From Candidatus Omnitrophota bacterium (GTDB taxonomy: Bacteria > Omnitrophota > Gorgyraeia > Ghiorseimicrobiales > Ghiorseimicrobiaceae), in the NCBI GenBank assembly GCA_030681595.1, contig JAUXSB010000009.1:24265-88264 (forward strand): a stretch of 64,000 nt of DNA, in the 5' to 3' direction. The translations under genes and the position numbers were made by a program. Under the pieces are notes generated by a model. It did no database searches. It was not told where the DNA came from and worked only from the letters and a program-made list of their open reading frames with translations. Of the stretch, positions 1 through 9,851 are shown in pieces. Numbering within the stretch: position 1 is the stretch's first letter; the number at the start of each line of letters is the position of its first letter.

Positions 1-458
1 TGCCGCGTTTGGTTAAGGCTGTAGTTAATATGGGCGTAGGCGAAGCCATAACCGACATCAAAATTATGGATAAGGCGCAGGATGAATTAGCCGTGATTAC
101 CGGCCAGCGCCCCGTTCTTTGCCGCGCCAAGAAAGCGATTTCTAATTTTAAGATAAGAATAGGCCAACCTATCGGCTGTAAAGTGACTCTCAGGCAGAAT
201 ATTATGTATGAATTTTTAGACAGGTTAATGAATGTAGCGCTGCCTCGTATCAGGGATTTTCGCGGCGTGTCTAATAAAGCGTTTGATGGAAACGGCAATT
301 ATAATTTAGGCATAAAAGAGCAGGCAATTTTTCCTGAGATTGAATACGATAGGATTGCGCGGGCTCAAGGGATGAACATTACTATCGTTACTACCGCTAA
401 AACCAAAGAGGAATCTTGGGCATTGCTTAAATTATTAGGCATGCCGTTACAGGAATAA
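1..458 (+). CDS. rplE: 50S ribosomal protein L5 (5' end truncated by the window edge)
   Basis: ORF 9..458 translation matches the L5 C-terminal region (…[30 protein letters not shown]…). It sits in the spc-operon context upstream of S14/S8/L6. Confidence 0.9.
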   Translation, partial: PRLVKAVVNMGVGEAITDIKIMDKAQDELAVITGQRPVLCRAKKAISNFKIRIGQPIGCKVTLRQNIMYEFLDRLMNVALPRIRDFRGVSNKAFDGNGNYNLGIKEQAIFPEIEYDRIARAQGMNITIVTTAKTKEESWALLKLLGMPLQE

Positions 459-463
459 TAAAT

Positions 464-646
464 ATGGCAAAAAAATCACAGATTGCAAGGTGGAAGAGGC
501 CTAAGTTTCCCGTAAGGCAATATAACCGTTGCCCTTTATGCGGGAGGTCGGGCGGATATCTGCGCAGGTTTCAGCTTTGCAGAATTTGTTTTAGGGAATT
601 AGCTTGGCGCGGGGAAATCCCGGGTGTCAAAAAGGCGAGCTGGTAG
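464..646 (+). CDS. rpsZ: 30S ribosomal protein S14, zinc-binding type Z, 60 aa
   Basis: 60 aa with a C..C…C..C zinc knuckle ([20 protein letters not shown]). Position between L5 and S8. Confidence 0.92.
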   Translation: MAKKSQIARWKRPKFPVRQYNRCPLCGRSGGYLRRFQLCRICFRELAWRGEIPGVKKASW

Positions 647-728
647 TTAGGTTGTTTTTCTGAAAAAACTAGTAAGGCCTAATTTGTAGGATTGGATAAA
701 ATAAATTAATAATAGGAGCTGAGGTTAA

Positions 729-1124
729 ATGAATCGTACATATCCTGTTGCCGATGTTTTAACAATGATCCGTAATGCTAATCGGGTGGGCAAAGAAAAA
801 GTTGATGTGCCTGCCTCGAAAATAATAGACGCGGTCTTAAGTATTCTTAAAAAAGAAGGATACATAGAAGACTTTAAGCTTTTAGGGGAGACTAATTCTA
901 AAAGCATCAGGGTCTACCTTAGGTTTGATAACAATGTACCGGTAATCAGTGGATTGCGCTGTGTCTCTAAGCCTTCTTTACGAGTTTATTCTGGCAAGGA
1001 AAAATTGCCTAAGGTTTTAAGCGGGCAGGGAATAGCAATAATCTCTACGTCTAAAGGCGTCGTGACTGATAAAGAGGCCCGTGATTTAAAGGTTGGCGGG
1101 GAAGTAATTTGTTACGTGTGGTAA
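729..1124 (+). CDS. rpsH: 30S ribosomal protein S8
   Basis: 131 aa. The motif set and spc-operon order fit S8. Confidence 0.92.
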   Translation: MNRTYPVADVLTMIRNANRVGKEKVDVPASKIIDAVLSILKKEGYIEDFKLLGETNSKSIRVYLRFDNNVPVISGLRCVSKPSLRVYSGKEKLPKVLSGQGIAIISTSKGVVTDKEARDLKVGGEVICYVW

Positions 1125-1289
1125 GTGAGCGCACAATTTACGGAATGAAATGGACGTAAATTGTATGCACGAACTTACCCTCCACCCAGATACTTCGAAG
1201 CGTCTCTACGACGTAACTGGGTGGGGGGTTAATCCCGACAGATAATTTACATCAGGCTATTGCCTTCTGTAAATTATGTCGTCATTAAA

Positions 1290-1832
1290 ATGTCTAGGAT
1301 AGGTAAAAAGCCAATCTCGATTTTAGATGAAGTAAAAGTAGAAATCAAAGACGGTTCTGTTTTTGTCGAAGGGCCGAAAGGTAAATTGACCTACAAAATT
1401 CCTTCTTTGATAACGGTATCTATAAGCGATGGAAAGGTTAATGTCGGCAGGGTAAGCGATATCAAAGCGGCAAGGGCGTTGCATGGTTTAGCGCGCGCTT
1501 TAATCAGCAACATGATTAAGGGTGTTAGTACCGGATACAGTAAAGAATTGGAAATTATCGGAGTAGGTTATCGGGCTGAAATAAAAGGAAAAGACCTGGT
1601 GATGCAGCTAGGTTTTACCCACCTGGTGAATTACCCACAGCCTGATGATGTAAAAATTGAGGTAGTAAAACAGACAAAAATTATAGTGCAAGGTTTAGAT
1701 AAATGCCGCGTAGGCCAGGTTGCGGCAGAAATTCGCAGAGTGCGGCCACCGGAACCTTATAAGGGCACAGGAATAAAATATGCTGATGAGCGAATACGTA
1801 GAAAATTAGGGAAAACCGCAGCGACAAAATAA
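1290..1832 (+). CDS. rplF: 50S ribosomal protein L6
   Basis: The ORF track starts at 1260. The canonical L6 N-terminus MSRIGKKPI begins at the internal Met at 1290. Confidence 0.88.
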   Translation: MSRIGKKPISILDEVKVEIKDGSVFVEGPKGKLTYKIPSLITVSISDGKVNVGRVSDIKAARALHGLARALISNMIKGVSTGYSKELEIIGVGYRAEIKGKDLVMQLGFTHLVNYPQPDDVKIEVVKQTKIIVQGLDKCRVGQVAAEIRRVRPPEPYKGTGIKYADERIRRKLGKTAATK

Positions 1833-1845
1833 CAAGAAAACTAAA

Positions 1846-2208
1846 ATGAAAAAACGACAAGATTTAGCTAGAGTTGCCCGTCACGATAGGATTAGAAGGC
1901 GTCTTTCCGGAACATCTGAGCGCCCCCGGTTGAGCATCTTTCGCAGCCTTAAGAATATCTATGCGCAGATTGTTGATGATGTATCTAACCATACGCTTAT
2001 TTCTTTATCCACGCAGGATAAAGAAATAAAAAAAAGTTGTTCCTATGGCGGCAATGTAAAGGCGGCAGGGTTCTTGGGGGAATTTTTAGCTAAGAAAGCA
2101 AAGGAAAAAGGTATAAATAAAGTGGTATTTGACAGAGGCGGATATCTCTATCACGGTAGGGTTAAGGCCTTGGCAGAAGGAGCAAGAAAGGCAGGCTTAG
2201 AATTTTAA
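1846..2208 (+). CDS. rplR: 50S ribosomal protein L18
   Basis: 120 aa, R-rich N-terminus, conserved [18 protein letters not shown]-terminus. Confidence 0.92.
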   Translation: MKKRQDLARVARHDRIRRRLSGTSERPRLSIFRSLKNIYAQIVDDVSNHTLISLSTQDKEIKKSCSYGGNVKAAGFLGEFLAKKAKEKGINKVVFDRGGYLYHGRVKALAEGARKAGLEF

Positions 2209-2209
2209 T

Positions 2210-2743
2210 ATGTTACGTACAATTACTTTGGAAGAGGGAAAAGAGTTAGTAGAAAAAATTGTAAGCGTCAATCGTGTGAATAAAGTTACCAAGGGCGGGA
2301 AAAAGGTTTGTTTTAGTGTCTTAGCTGTTGTTGGTGATACAAAAGGCAGGGTAGGCGCGGCATTAGGTAAAGCTAACGAAGTGCCGAGTGCTATAAGAAA
2401 AGCGATAGCCCAGGCCAAAAGATCTATGGTTAAGGTTAAGCTGCGCGGTACGACCATACCGCATGAAGTAATGGGGCATTTTGGGGCGGCTAAAGTGTTG
2501 CTTAAGCCTGCGGCAGAGGGAACCGGTGTTATTGCCGCTGGTTCTGTCAGGGCGGTTTGTGAATGCGCCGGCATAAAAGATATCCTGACTAAATGCCTTA
2601 AATCCAACAATCCGATAAATACGGTCAGGGCTACCCTGGAGGGTTTTAGTAAATTAAAATTAAAAGTAGCTAATAATCCAGAGTTAAAAAGCGAAGAAGG
2701 CGTCCAGAAGTCTTCCGGTTTAAGCGAGAAGGAGCCTGCATAA
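2210..2743 (+). CDS. rpsE: 30S ribosomal protein S5, with a ~25 aa acidic/Ser-rich C-terminal extension
   Basis: S5 dsRBD and C-terminal domain motifs ([13 protein letters not shown]…). Follows L18. Confidence 0.92.
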   Translation: MLRTITLEEGKELVEKIVSVNRVNKVTKGGKKVCFSVLAVVGDTKGRVGAALGKANEVPSAIRKAIAQAKRSMVKVKLRGTTIPHEVMGHFGAAKVLLKPAAEGTGVIAAGSVRAVCECAGIKDILTKCLKSNNPINTVRATLEGFSKLKLKVANNPELKSEEGVQKSSGLSEKEPA

Positions 2744-2744
2744 A

Positions 2745-3191
2745 ATGTATCTTACTGAAATAAAGCGGCCAATCGGGGCATGCAAAAGGCGTAAAATTGT
2801 CGGCAGGGGAGAGAGTTCCGGCCACGGAAAAACTTCTACCAGAGGCAGTAATGGTCAGAGGGCGCGTTCAGGCAGGGGGCCTATTTTGGGTTTTGAAGGA
2901 GGCCAGACACCCTTAATCCGAAGGATACCAAAACGGGGATTCCATCATAGCCCCAAAGAAGAATTTCAGTTAGTCAATATAGGCAGTTTAGCCAGATTTG
3001 ATGCTGATATGCTCATCGATCCGCAGTTATTAGAAACTAAAGGCTTGATAAGGAGCAGGAATAAACCGGTTAAGATATTAGGCGGGGGAAAAGTAAGTAT
3101 TTCTTTAGTGGTAAAGGCGCATGCTTTTTCCAAATCCGCAAAGGATTTAATTGAGAAAGCCGGCGGAAAGACAGAATGCTTAAAGCCTTAG
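2745..3191 (+). CDS. rplO: 50S ribosomal protein L15
   Basis: Gly/Arg-rich N-terminus (GRGESSGHGKTSTRGSNGQRARSGRG). Directly follows S5, so the L30 gene is absent. Confidence 0.9.
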   Translation: MYLTEIKRPIGACKRRKIVGRGESSGHGKTSTRGSNGQRARSGRGPILGFEGGQTPLIRRIPKRGFHHSPKEEFQLVNIGSLARFDADMLIDPQLLETKGLIRSRNKPVKILGGGKVSISLVVKAHAFSKSAKDLIEKAGGKTECLKP

Positions 3192-4522
3192 CTAATTCTT
3201 TTAAGATCCCTGATCTAAAAAGAAAGATTATAGTAACTTTAGGCTTGTTGGTAGTATATAGATTGGGCTGTTTTATTCCTACTCCCGGAATAGACAGCCA
3301 CGCATTGGCTGAATTTTTTAATAGAATCTCCCGTACGCAGGGAGGAGCGCTCTTTGGTATAATGAATATGTTTTCCGGCGGGGCAATGGAGAAGCTGACC
3401 ATTTTTGCCTTAGGGATCATGCCTTATATATCGAGCTCGATTATCATGCAGCTTTTAACCGCAGTAATACCGGCGCTTGAGAAAATAGCCAAGGAAGGTA
3501 AATCTGGGCATGAGAAGATTAATCAGTATACAAGGATAGGTACAGTTTTTCTGGCAGTAATACAATCTGATTTTATTGCTTTATGGCTGGAGAGCCCCAC
3601 GCAATTCGGCGGGTTAAATATTGTTTCTTTCCCCGGGTGGAAGTTTAGGCTGCTAACCGTATTTACCCTTACGGCGGGCACAATTTTTATTATGTGGCTG
3701 GGTGAGCAGATTCAGGAACGCGGCATCGGCAACGGCATATCTCTGGTGATTACTACCGGTATTATCTCTAGTATCCCAACGGCAGCAAACCAGTTATGGA
3801 TTTTAATTTCTCCTTTTTCGCCGCAAAACCGCACGCTTAGCCCCTTTACACTTTTGATTATGGCGGTACTTTTGGTAGGGGTTATTTTTGCTGTCACCGG
3901 CATTACGCAGGCGCAGCGTAAAATCCCCGTGCAGTATGCGCGCAGAGTAGTAGGGCGCAAGATTTATGGGGGGCAAAGCACATATATTCCTCTAAAAGTG
4001 GACCAGTCAGGAGTCATCGCGATCATTTTTGCTCAGTCCATAATTCTTTTTCCGGCGACTATCGCTGCTTTTATACCTAACCCGGCTTTTCAGCGTTTAG
4101 CAGAAAGTTTAATGCGCGGGCATTTACTCTATACGATAGTTTATGCGCTCCTGATAGTATTTTTTTGTTATTTCTATACGGCAATAGTTTTTAATCCGGT
4201 AGATATATCTGAAAATATGAAAAAATACGGCGGGTTTATTCCGGGGATAAGGCCGGGTAACCCCACATCGGATTTCCTGGATTTTGTAATGACGCGTATA
4301 ACGTTAGCCGGGGCTTTATTTATTGCCTTCATCGCGATATCCCCCGATTTGATTATGGCTTGGCTGAAAGTACCGTATTTAGTGGCGTCATTTTTCGGCG
4401 GGACGGCTATCCTGATTGTCGTAGGTGTTATGCTGGATACAATCAGGCAGATTGAATCAAATTTAATAATGCATAATTACGAAGGTTTTTTAAGGTCGGG
4501 GCGTATTAAAGGCAGGCGTTAA
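3176..4522 (+). CDS. secY: preprotein translocase subunit SecY
   Basis: 448 aa, ten hydrophobic segments, conserved SecY motifs (GIMPYISSSIIMQLL). Overlaps the rplO stop. Confidence 0.93.
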   Translation: MLKALANSFKIPDLKRKIIVTLGLLVVYRLGCFIPTPGIDSHALAEFFNRISRTQGGALFGIMNMFSGGAMEKLTIFALGIMPYISSSIIMQLLTAVIPALEKIAKEGKSGHEKINQYTRIGTVFLAVIQSDFIALWLESPTQFGGLNIVSFPGWKFRLLTVFTLTAGTIFIMWLGEQIQERGIGNGISLVITTGIISSIPTAANQLWILISPFSPQNRTLSPFTLLIMAVLLVGVIFAVTGITQAQRKIPVQYARRVVGRKIYGGQSTYIPLKVDQSGVIAIIFAQSIILFPATIAAFIPNPAFQRLAESLMRGHLLYTIVYALLIVFFCYFYTAIVFNPVDISENMKKYGGFIPGIRPGNPTSDFLDFVMTRITLAGALFIAFIAISPDLIMAWLKVPYLVASFFGGTAILIVVGVMLDTIRQIESNLIMHNYEGFLRSGRIKGRR

Positions 4523-4527
4523 AATAT

Positions 4528-5214
4528 ATGCGGATTATTTTACTCGGGCCTCCGGGCGCAGGCAAGGGCACCCAGGCGAAGCTGCTCAAAGATAATTTTA
4601 AGCTGTCGCATATTTCTACCGGTGATTTATTACGTAAGGCCGTCGCAGACAACATGACAATAGGAAAAACTGTTAAAGGGTACATGGATAAAGGCGACCT
4701 TGTTCCGGATAGCCTAGTAGTAGAGCTGTTAAAAGAAAAATTGGCATCCAAAGATACAAATGGCGGTTTTATCCTGGATGGTTTTCCCCGCAATGTTAGC
4801 CAGGCGGAGATACTAGATAAAGCGTTTAAGGAAAAGAACCTGAATATAGATTATGTGATTTACCTTAAAGCGGATGAGCCGGTTATAATTCAGCGGCTTT
4901 CTGGCCGGCGCGTATGTTCCAAATGTCAGGCTAATTTTCATGTTACTAATATGCCGCCAAAGAAAAAAGGCATATGCGATAATTGCGGAAGCTCCCTTTA
5001 CCAGCGCACAGACGATCAGGAAGAAGCGATCAGAAACAGGCTTAAGGTTTACCTGAAAGAGACAGCGAGTTTAATCGGTTATTATCTCAATCAGAAAAAG
5101 CTGGTTGAGATGGATGCTAATTTTGAAGCTCCGGTTGTATTTGATAAGTTAAAAAATGTTCTTTCTAATTCTACAAAGATAAGCCTTCCGGGTGCTTTTA
5201 AGGAAAGAGCCTAA
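4528..5214 (+). CDS. adk: adenylate kinase, zinc-lid type
   Basis: P-loop GPPGAGKGTQA. The LID has CSKC…CDNCG. Confidence 0.93.
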   Translation: MRIILLGPPGAGKGTQAKLLKDNFKLSHISTGDLLRKAVADNMTIGKTVKGYMDKGDLVPDSLVVELLKEKLASKDTNGGFILDGFPRNVSQAEILDKAFKEKNLNIDYVIYLKADEPVIIQRLSGRRVCSKCQANFHVTNMPPKKKGICDNCGSSLYQRTDDQEEAIRNRLKVYLKETASLIGYYLNQKKLVEMDANFEAPVVFDKLKNVLSNSTKISLPGAFKERA

Positions 5215-5228
5215 TTGATATTTTAGCT

Positions 5229-5978
5229 ATGGTAGAGCTAAAAACTGAAGAGAATATCGCAGAGATTAGGCGGGCTGGCCGGGTGTTAGCAAAGGTATTT
5301 ATCAAGATACAAAAGAAAATAGCTCCCGGCATTAGTACGCAGGAAATAGATAATTGGATTAAATCTTCGGTTGAGGAATATGGCGGATCGTGCGCATTTT
5401 TTGGCTACCGGAATTATCCGGCAAACAGCTGTATTTCAGTAAATGAAGAAGTAGTCCACGGCGTTCCTTCTTTAAATAAGGTATTAAAAGAAGGCGATAT
5501 TGTCAGCGTTGATATAGGAGTAAAACTTGGTAGATATTGCGTGGATGCGGCGGTTACCTATCCGGTAGGCAATATCGATAGAGAGCGCAAGAAGCTTATT
5601 GACGCAACAAGGAAGGCCTTGGAGCTGGGGATAAGAGAGGCCTATCCCGGGAATTTTTTATCCAATATATCTTGCCGTATCCAGCGCTATGTGGAATCAT
5701 GCGGTTTTTCGGTTGTGCGCGATTTGGCAGGGCATGGCATAGGCCAAAATATCCATGAAGACCCAGAGATTCCTAATTACGGCAGGCCTGATTGCGGCAT
5801 AAAATTAAAAAAAGGCATGGTTTTGGCAATTGAACCGATGGTGAATGTAGGCAATTGGGAAGTAGAGGTCTTGAGTGATGGATGGACGGTGGTTACAAAA
5901 GATAGGTCCCCCTCAGCGCATTTTGAGCACACAATTGCTATTTTAGATAATGGGCCGGAGATTTTAACACGTTTATAA
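5229..5978 (+). CDS. map: methionine aminopeptidase type I
   Basis: 249 aa with the pita-bread fold metal ligands (D…D…H…E…E pattern). Confidence 0.9.
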   Translation: MVELKTEENIAEIRRAGRVLAKVFIKIQKKIAPGISTQEIDNWIKSSVEEYGGSCAFFGYRNYPANSCISVNEEVVHGVPSLNKVLKEGDIVSVDIGVKLGRYCVDAAVTYPVGNIDRERKKLIDATRKALELGIREAYPGNFLSNISCRIQRYVESCGFSVVRDLAGHGIGQNIHEDPEIPNYGRPDCGIKLKKGMVLAIEPMVNVGNWEVEVLSDGWTVVTKDRSPSAHFEHTIAILDNGPEILTRL

Positions 5979-6005
5979 TGATATGCAAGAGAGGGTAATA
6001 CCGCG

Positions 6006-6221
6006 ATGAAAGAAGAACTGATCGAGGTAGAAGGCACGATAAAGGAATCTTTGCCTAATGCTATGTTTCGAGTTGAATTGGATAATAAGCACATGGTAAT
6101 GGCGCATGTTTCAGGAAAAATACGGATGCATTTTATAAGGATCCTTCCCGGTGACAGGGTAAAATTAGAGCTTTCTCCTTATGATTTAAGCCGCGGAAGG
6201 ATAATTTACAGGGTGAAATAA
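6006..6221 (+). CDS. infA: translation initiation factor IF-1
   Basis: 71 aa S1-like OB fold. Classic adk-map-infA-rpmJ order. Confidence 0.92.
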   Translation: MKEELIEVEGTIKESLPNAMFRVELDNKHMVMAHVSGKIRMHFIRILPGDRVKLELSPYDLSRGRIIYRVK

Positions 6222-6335
6222 ATGAAGGTAAAGGCTTCGGTAAAAAGAATTTGCGCAAATTGTAAAGTAATAAGAAGGCAGAGGAATATTTATATTATCT
6301 GCTCAAACCCTAAACATAAACAGAGGCAGGGATAA
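6222..6335 (+). CDS. rpmJ: 50S ribosomal protein L36, 37 aa, not in the ORF track
   Basis: Manual translation of 6222-6335 gives [37 protein letters not shown], which is an L36 zinc ribbon (C..C…C…H). Confidence 0.85.
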   Translation: MKVKASVKRICANCKVIRRQRNIYIICSNPKHKQRQG

Positions 6336-6411
6336 TTTAAGTTATAGGTAAGAAGTTATGAGTTATGATTTATAACTTGTAACTCTTAAGCGACTGAAAG
6401 GAGCGAAGCAA

Positions 6412-6825
6412 GTGCCAAGGATTTTAGGTGTAGATTTACCAAAAGAAAAAAGAATAGAAATTTCACTTTGTTATCTTTACGGCATTGGCCGTACCCTCTC
6501 TAATAAGATTCTTAATTCAGTAGGTATTGATCCTAATAAAAGGGCCAAGAATCTTACCGAAGAAGAGGTTTCTAAGATAACGGCGGTCATTCAGAAGGAT
6601 TATAAAATCGAAGGAGACCTGCGCAGGGATATTTCTCAGAATATAAAACGCCTTATGGATATCGGCTCATACCGCGGGATGCGCCACAAGAAGGGACTTC
6701 CGGTGCATGGTCAGCGCACGCGTACTAATGCCAGGACTCGTAAGGGTCCTAAGCGCAATGCAGGCATTATGAGAGCTAAAGAGGCGCCCGCGTCCAAAGC
6801 GGCTGCGCCGGCTAAAAAGGCATAG
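6412..6825 (+). CDS. rpsM: 30S ribosomal protein S13
   Basis: GTG start at 6412 with an AAAGGAG SD 9 nt upstream. S13 motifs (ILGVDLP…GIG) and a basic C-terminal tail. Confidence 0.92.
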   Translation: MPRILGVDLPKEKRIEISLCYLYGIGRTLSNKILNSVGIDPNKRAKNLTEEEVSKITAVIQKDYKIEGDLRRDISQNIKRLMDIGSYRGMRHKKGLPVHGQRTRTNARTRKGPKRNAGIMRAKEAPASKAAAPAKKA

Positions 6826-6897
6826 CAGTGCTTTGAATCTGCCCGGTATTTTGCGTTGAATCTTTCCGGGCGGCTAAAGCAAGTTTAAGGAGTTATA

Positions 6898-7314
6898 ATG
6901 GAACAACCAGCCCAACAGCAAGAAGTTGCTAAAGTAAAGAGTGTTAAGAAAAATAAAAAAGCGATTAATGTCACTAGCGGAATTGCGCACATATCGGCAT
7001 CCTTTAACAATACCATCATTACTATTACTGATAGACAGGGTAATGTTATAACTTGGTCTGCGCCGGGATCAGTGGGCTTCAGCGGTTCAAAAAAATCTAC
7101 TCCTTTCGCGGCTCAGATGGCAGCGACTGACGCGGCTAAAAGAGCCAAGGATTTAGGGCTTAAAGAGTTAGATGTTTATGTAAAAGGCCCGGGGTCAGGA
7201 AGAGAGTCGGCTATCAGGGCATTACAGGCGGCAGGATTGACGATTAAGCTTATAAAGGATGTTACGCCAATGCCGCATAATGGCTGCCGGGCTCCCAAGA
7301 AAAGAAGAGTATAA
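6898..7314 (+). CDS. rpsK: 30S ribosomal protein S11
   Basis: 138 aa, conserved S11 core (…[11 protein letters not shown]…). Confidence 0.92.
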   Translation: MEQPAQQQEVAKVKSVKKNKKAINVTSGIAHISASFNNTIITITDRQGNVITWSAPGSVGFSGSKKSTPFAAQMAATDAAKRAKDLGLKELDVYVKGPGSGRESAIRALQAAGLTIKLIKDVTPMPHNGCRAPKKRRV

Positions 7315-7419
7315 TAATAGCGTTTAGCAAATAGCGCAGAGCGGATAGTTTTTTAAAGGTTTTCTATGCGCTAAACGCTACACGCTACATGCTATACGCT
7401 AAATTGATATGGAGGGTTA

Positions 7420-8046
7420 ATGTCTAAAGATTCTAATGCTTCTTGCAGGCTTTGCCGCAGAGAAGGAATGAAATTATTTTTGAAGGGATTGCGTTGTATC
7501 GGGGATAAATGCGCTTTTACCCGCCGCAGTTTCGCGCCCGGCCAACATGGGAAAATGACGTCTAAGTTATCCAATTACGGTTTACAGCTAAGGGAAAAAC
7601 AAAAGGTTAAGAGGATGTACGGGTTAAGGGAGCAGCAATTTAGGCGTTATTTTAATATCGCCGCCCGTATTAAAGGAGTAACCGGTAAAATCCTAATTCA
7701 ATTACTGGAAAGAAGGCTGGATAACGTTATCTTTCGGGCCGGTTTTGCCGTATCGCACAACCAGGCACGTTTTATTGTCAATCATGGCCACATCTGTGTA
7801 AATAGCCGCCGGGTAAATATACCGTCGTATTTAGTTAAGGCTCAGGATATAGTTGAAGTAAAGGGAAAAGGGAGCTTATTAAATAATATAAAGCAGACAT
7901 TGGAAGCGATTAAGGATTGGCCGAAAGCTTCTTGGCTTGAGGTGGATGCTGCAAATCTAAAAGCAAAAGTCTTAAGGCTTCCGGAGAAGGATGATCTGCA
8001 GCTACCGATACAGGAACAGCTGATAGTAGAGTTGTATTCTAAGTAG
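7420..8046 (+). CDS. rpsD: 30S ribosomal protein S4, with an N-terminal zinc finger
   Basis: CRLCRREG…C..C N-terminus plus an S4 RNA-binding domain. Confidence 0.92.
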   Translation: MSKDSNASCRLCRREGMKLFLKGLRCIGDKCAFTRRSFAPGQHGKMTSKLSNYGLQLREKQKVKRMYGLREQQFRRYFNIAARIKGVTGKILIQLLERRLDNVIFRAGFAVSHNQARFIVNHGHICVNSRRVNIPSYLVKAQDIVEVKGKGSLLNNIKQTLEAIKDWPKASWLEVDAANLKAKVLRLPEKDDLQLPIQEQLIVELYSK

Positions 8047-8109
8047 GTTTTAATTAACATTGGCGTGGTGTTAAAAGCTAATTAACCAGACAGAACGGAG
8101 TGAGGGAAA

Positions 8110-9105
8110 ATGGGGATAAAATGGAAAGATTTTCAGATGCCGAAACGGTTAGAATGCGACGAGGCAACTTATACGCCTACTTACGGTAAATTTATTGCGG
8201 AGCCGTTTGAGCGTGGCTATGGTGTAACTTTGGGGAATTCTTTAAGGCGTGTGCTTCTTTCATCAATAGAAGGCAGCGCGGTTACTTCGGTTAAGATAGA
8301 GGGCGTATCGCATGAGTTTTCTACAATTAGCGGCGTATCAGAAGATGTAACCGATATAATCTTGAATATAAAGCAATTGGTTCTTCGCTCCTATGCCAAA
8401 ACTCCCAAGACAATTTATATAAAAGCAGATAAAAAAAGAGAGGTTAAGGCGGGGGATATTGTTACAGATGAAACTATCGAGATTCTTAACCCGGATTTAC
8501 ATATCGTTACCCTTACCGAAAATACAAAGTTTAACGTGGAAATGGAGGTTGGCCGCGGGCGTGGATATGTTACTTCCGAGGTGAATAAAAAAGACAGCCA
8601 GAGGATAGGGGTAATTGCTGTTGATTCGATATTTGCTCCGGTACGCAATGTGAATTTTTATGTAGAAAGCACACGTGTCGGGCAAAGGACAGATTACGAT
8701 AAGCTAATATTAGAGATAACTACCAACGGAAGCATTAGCCCTAAAGACGCGCTTCTTTATGCTTCGAATATATTACAGCGTCATTTAGATGTTTTTGTGA
8801 ATTTTGGGCAGCTTCCCGAAGAAGAAGAGGAGGAAGCCTTAAGTTCGGAAGAGCAAGCATTATATGAGAAACTCAAGCTTCCTATATCGGAACTTGAGCT
8901 TTCCGTGCGTAGCTCTAATTGCCTGAAAGAAACAAATATTAAGACCATTGGGGACTTAGTAAGAAGAACAGAGGCTGATTTATTGGGCTTGCGTAACTTC
9001 GGGAAAAAATCGCTTACGGAAATCAGTGAATTGATTGTTTCTTTAGGTTTAACCTTAGGGATGGACGTAGACTTAAAGAAAATAAAGAAAGAAAAACAAG
9101 GATAA
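8110..9105 (+). CDS. rpoA: DNA-directed RNA polymerase alpha subunit
   Basis: 331 aa with alpha NTD and CTD (…LSVRSSNCLK…). Position after rpsD. Confidence 0.92.
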   Translation: MGIKWKDFQMPKRLECDEATYTPTYGKFIAEPFERGYGVTLGNSLRRVLLSSIEGSAVTSVKIEGVSHEFSTISGVSEDVTDIILNIKQLVLRSYAKTPKTIYIKADKKREVKAGDIVTDETIEILNPDLHIVTLTENTKFNVEMEVGRGRGYVTSEVNKKDSQRIGVIAVDSIFAPVRNVNFYVESTRVGQRTDYDKLILEITTNGSISPKDALLYASNILQRHLDVFVNFGQLPEEEEEEALSSEEQALYEKLKLPISELELSVRSSNCLKETNIKTIGDLVRRTEADLLGLRNFGKKSLTEISELIVSLGLTLGMDVDLKKIKKEKQG

Positions 9106-9108
9106 AAA

Positions 9109-9771
9109 ATGCGCCATAAGGTAAACAAATCAAGGTTATCGCTTTCGAAAAGCCAAAGAAAGGCATTAATTAATGCCTTGGCTCGGTCAATGATCATAAA
9201 TGGCAGGATTAAAACTACCATACAAAGGGCAAAAAATGCTAAGCCTTTAGTCGAGCATCTTATTTCTTTGGGTAAAGAAGGCAGTCTTTATGCCAAGAGA
9301 AAGGCGTATAAGATATTACAGAATCATTTATTGGTTTCAAGGCTGTTTGGCGAGATTGCCCCTAAGTTTAAAGTCAGGCAGGGTGGTTACAGCCGTATTC
9401 TTCGTTTTGGCAGGCGCAGGGGCGATGGCACAGAAATGGCCCTGTTTGAATTGACCGAGGTTATCAAGGAAATAAAGCCGGAATCAGTTAAGAAGAAGAA
9501 GGAAAAAACCAAGGCTGCTGAGGCAAAGTCTCATGGCGAAGTATACCCCAAGGCGCAAGGATTAAAAGCAAAAGAAGCCGGCGTAGTTGCGTCTTCAGAG
9601 AAGCCAAAAGCGGCAGTCGAAGAAGAAAAGCGGCCTGCGGAAAAACCAAAATCTGCGCCTGAAGAGCAGAAGAAGCACAAGAATATAGAAATATATGATA
9701 AGAAGAGGGCGCATAAGAAATTTTTAGGCGGCTTAAGAAGCTTTTTCAAAAAAGAAAGAGATAGCCTCTAA
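9109..9771 (+). CDS. rplQ: 50S ribosomal protein L17, with a ~100 aa Lys/Ala/Glu-rich C-terminal extension
   Basis: An L17 core covers the first ~115 aa. It is followed by a low-complexity KKKKEKTKAAEAK…PEEQKKHK tail. Confidence 0.88.
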   Translation: MRHKVNKSRLSLSKSQRKALINALARSMIINGRIKTTIQRAKNAKPLVEHLISLGKEGSLYAKRKAYKILQNHLLVSRLFGEIAPKFKVRQGGYSRILRFGRRRGDGTEMALFELTEVIKEIKPESVKKKKEKTKAAEAKSHGEVYPKAQGLKAKEAGVVASSEKPKAAVEEEKRPAEKPKSAPEEQKKHKNIEIYDKKRAHKKFLGGLRSFFKKERDSL

Positions 9772-9851
9772 AATTCCTCTTAGCGATAACAAAAGAATAT
9801 ATTAAACCCCGCCAGAGTAATTTTTTGGCGGGGTAAATATCAAGCAGACTC

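Noticed and set aside
2197-2610. 137-aa - strand ORF overlapping rplR/rpsE
   Set aside because: It is antisense to two highly conserved ribosomal protein genes. Shadow ORF.
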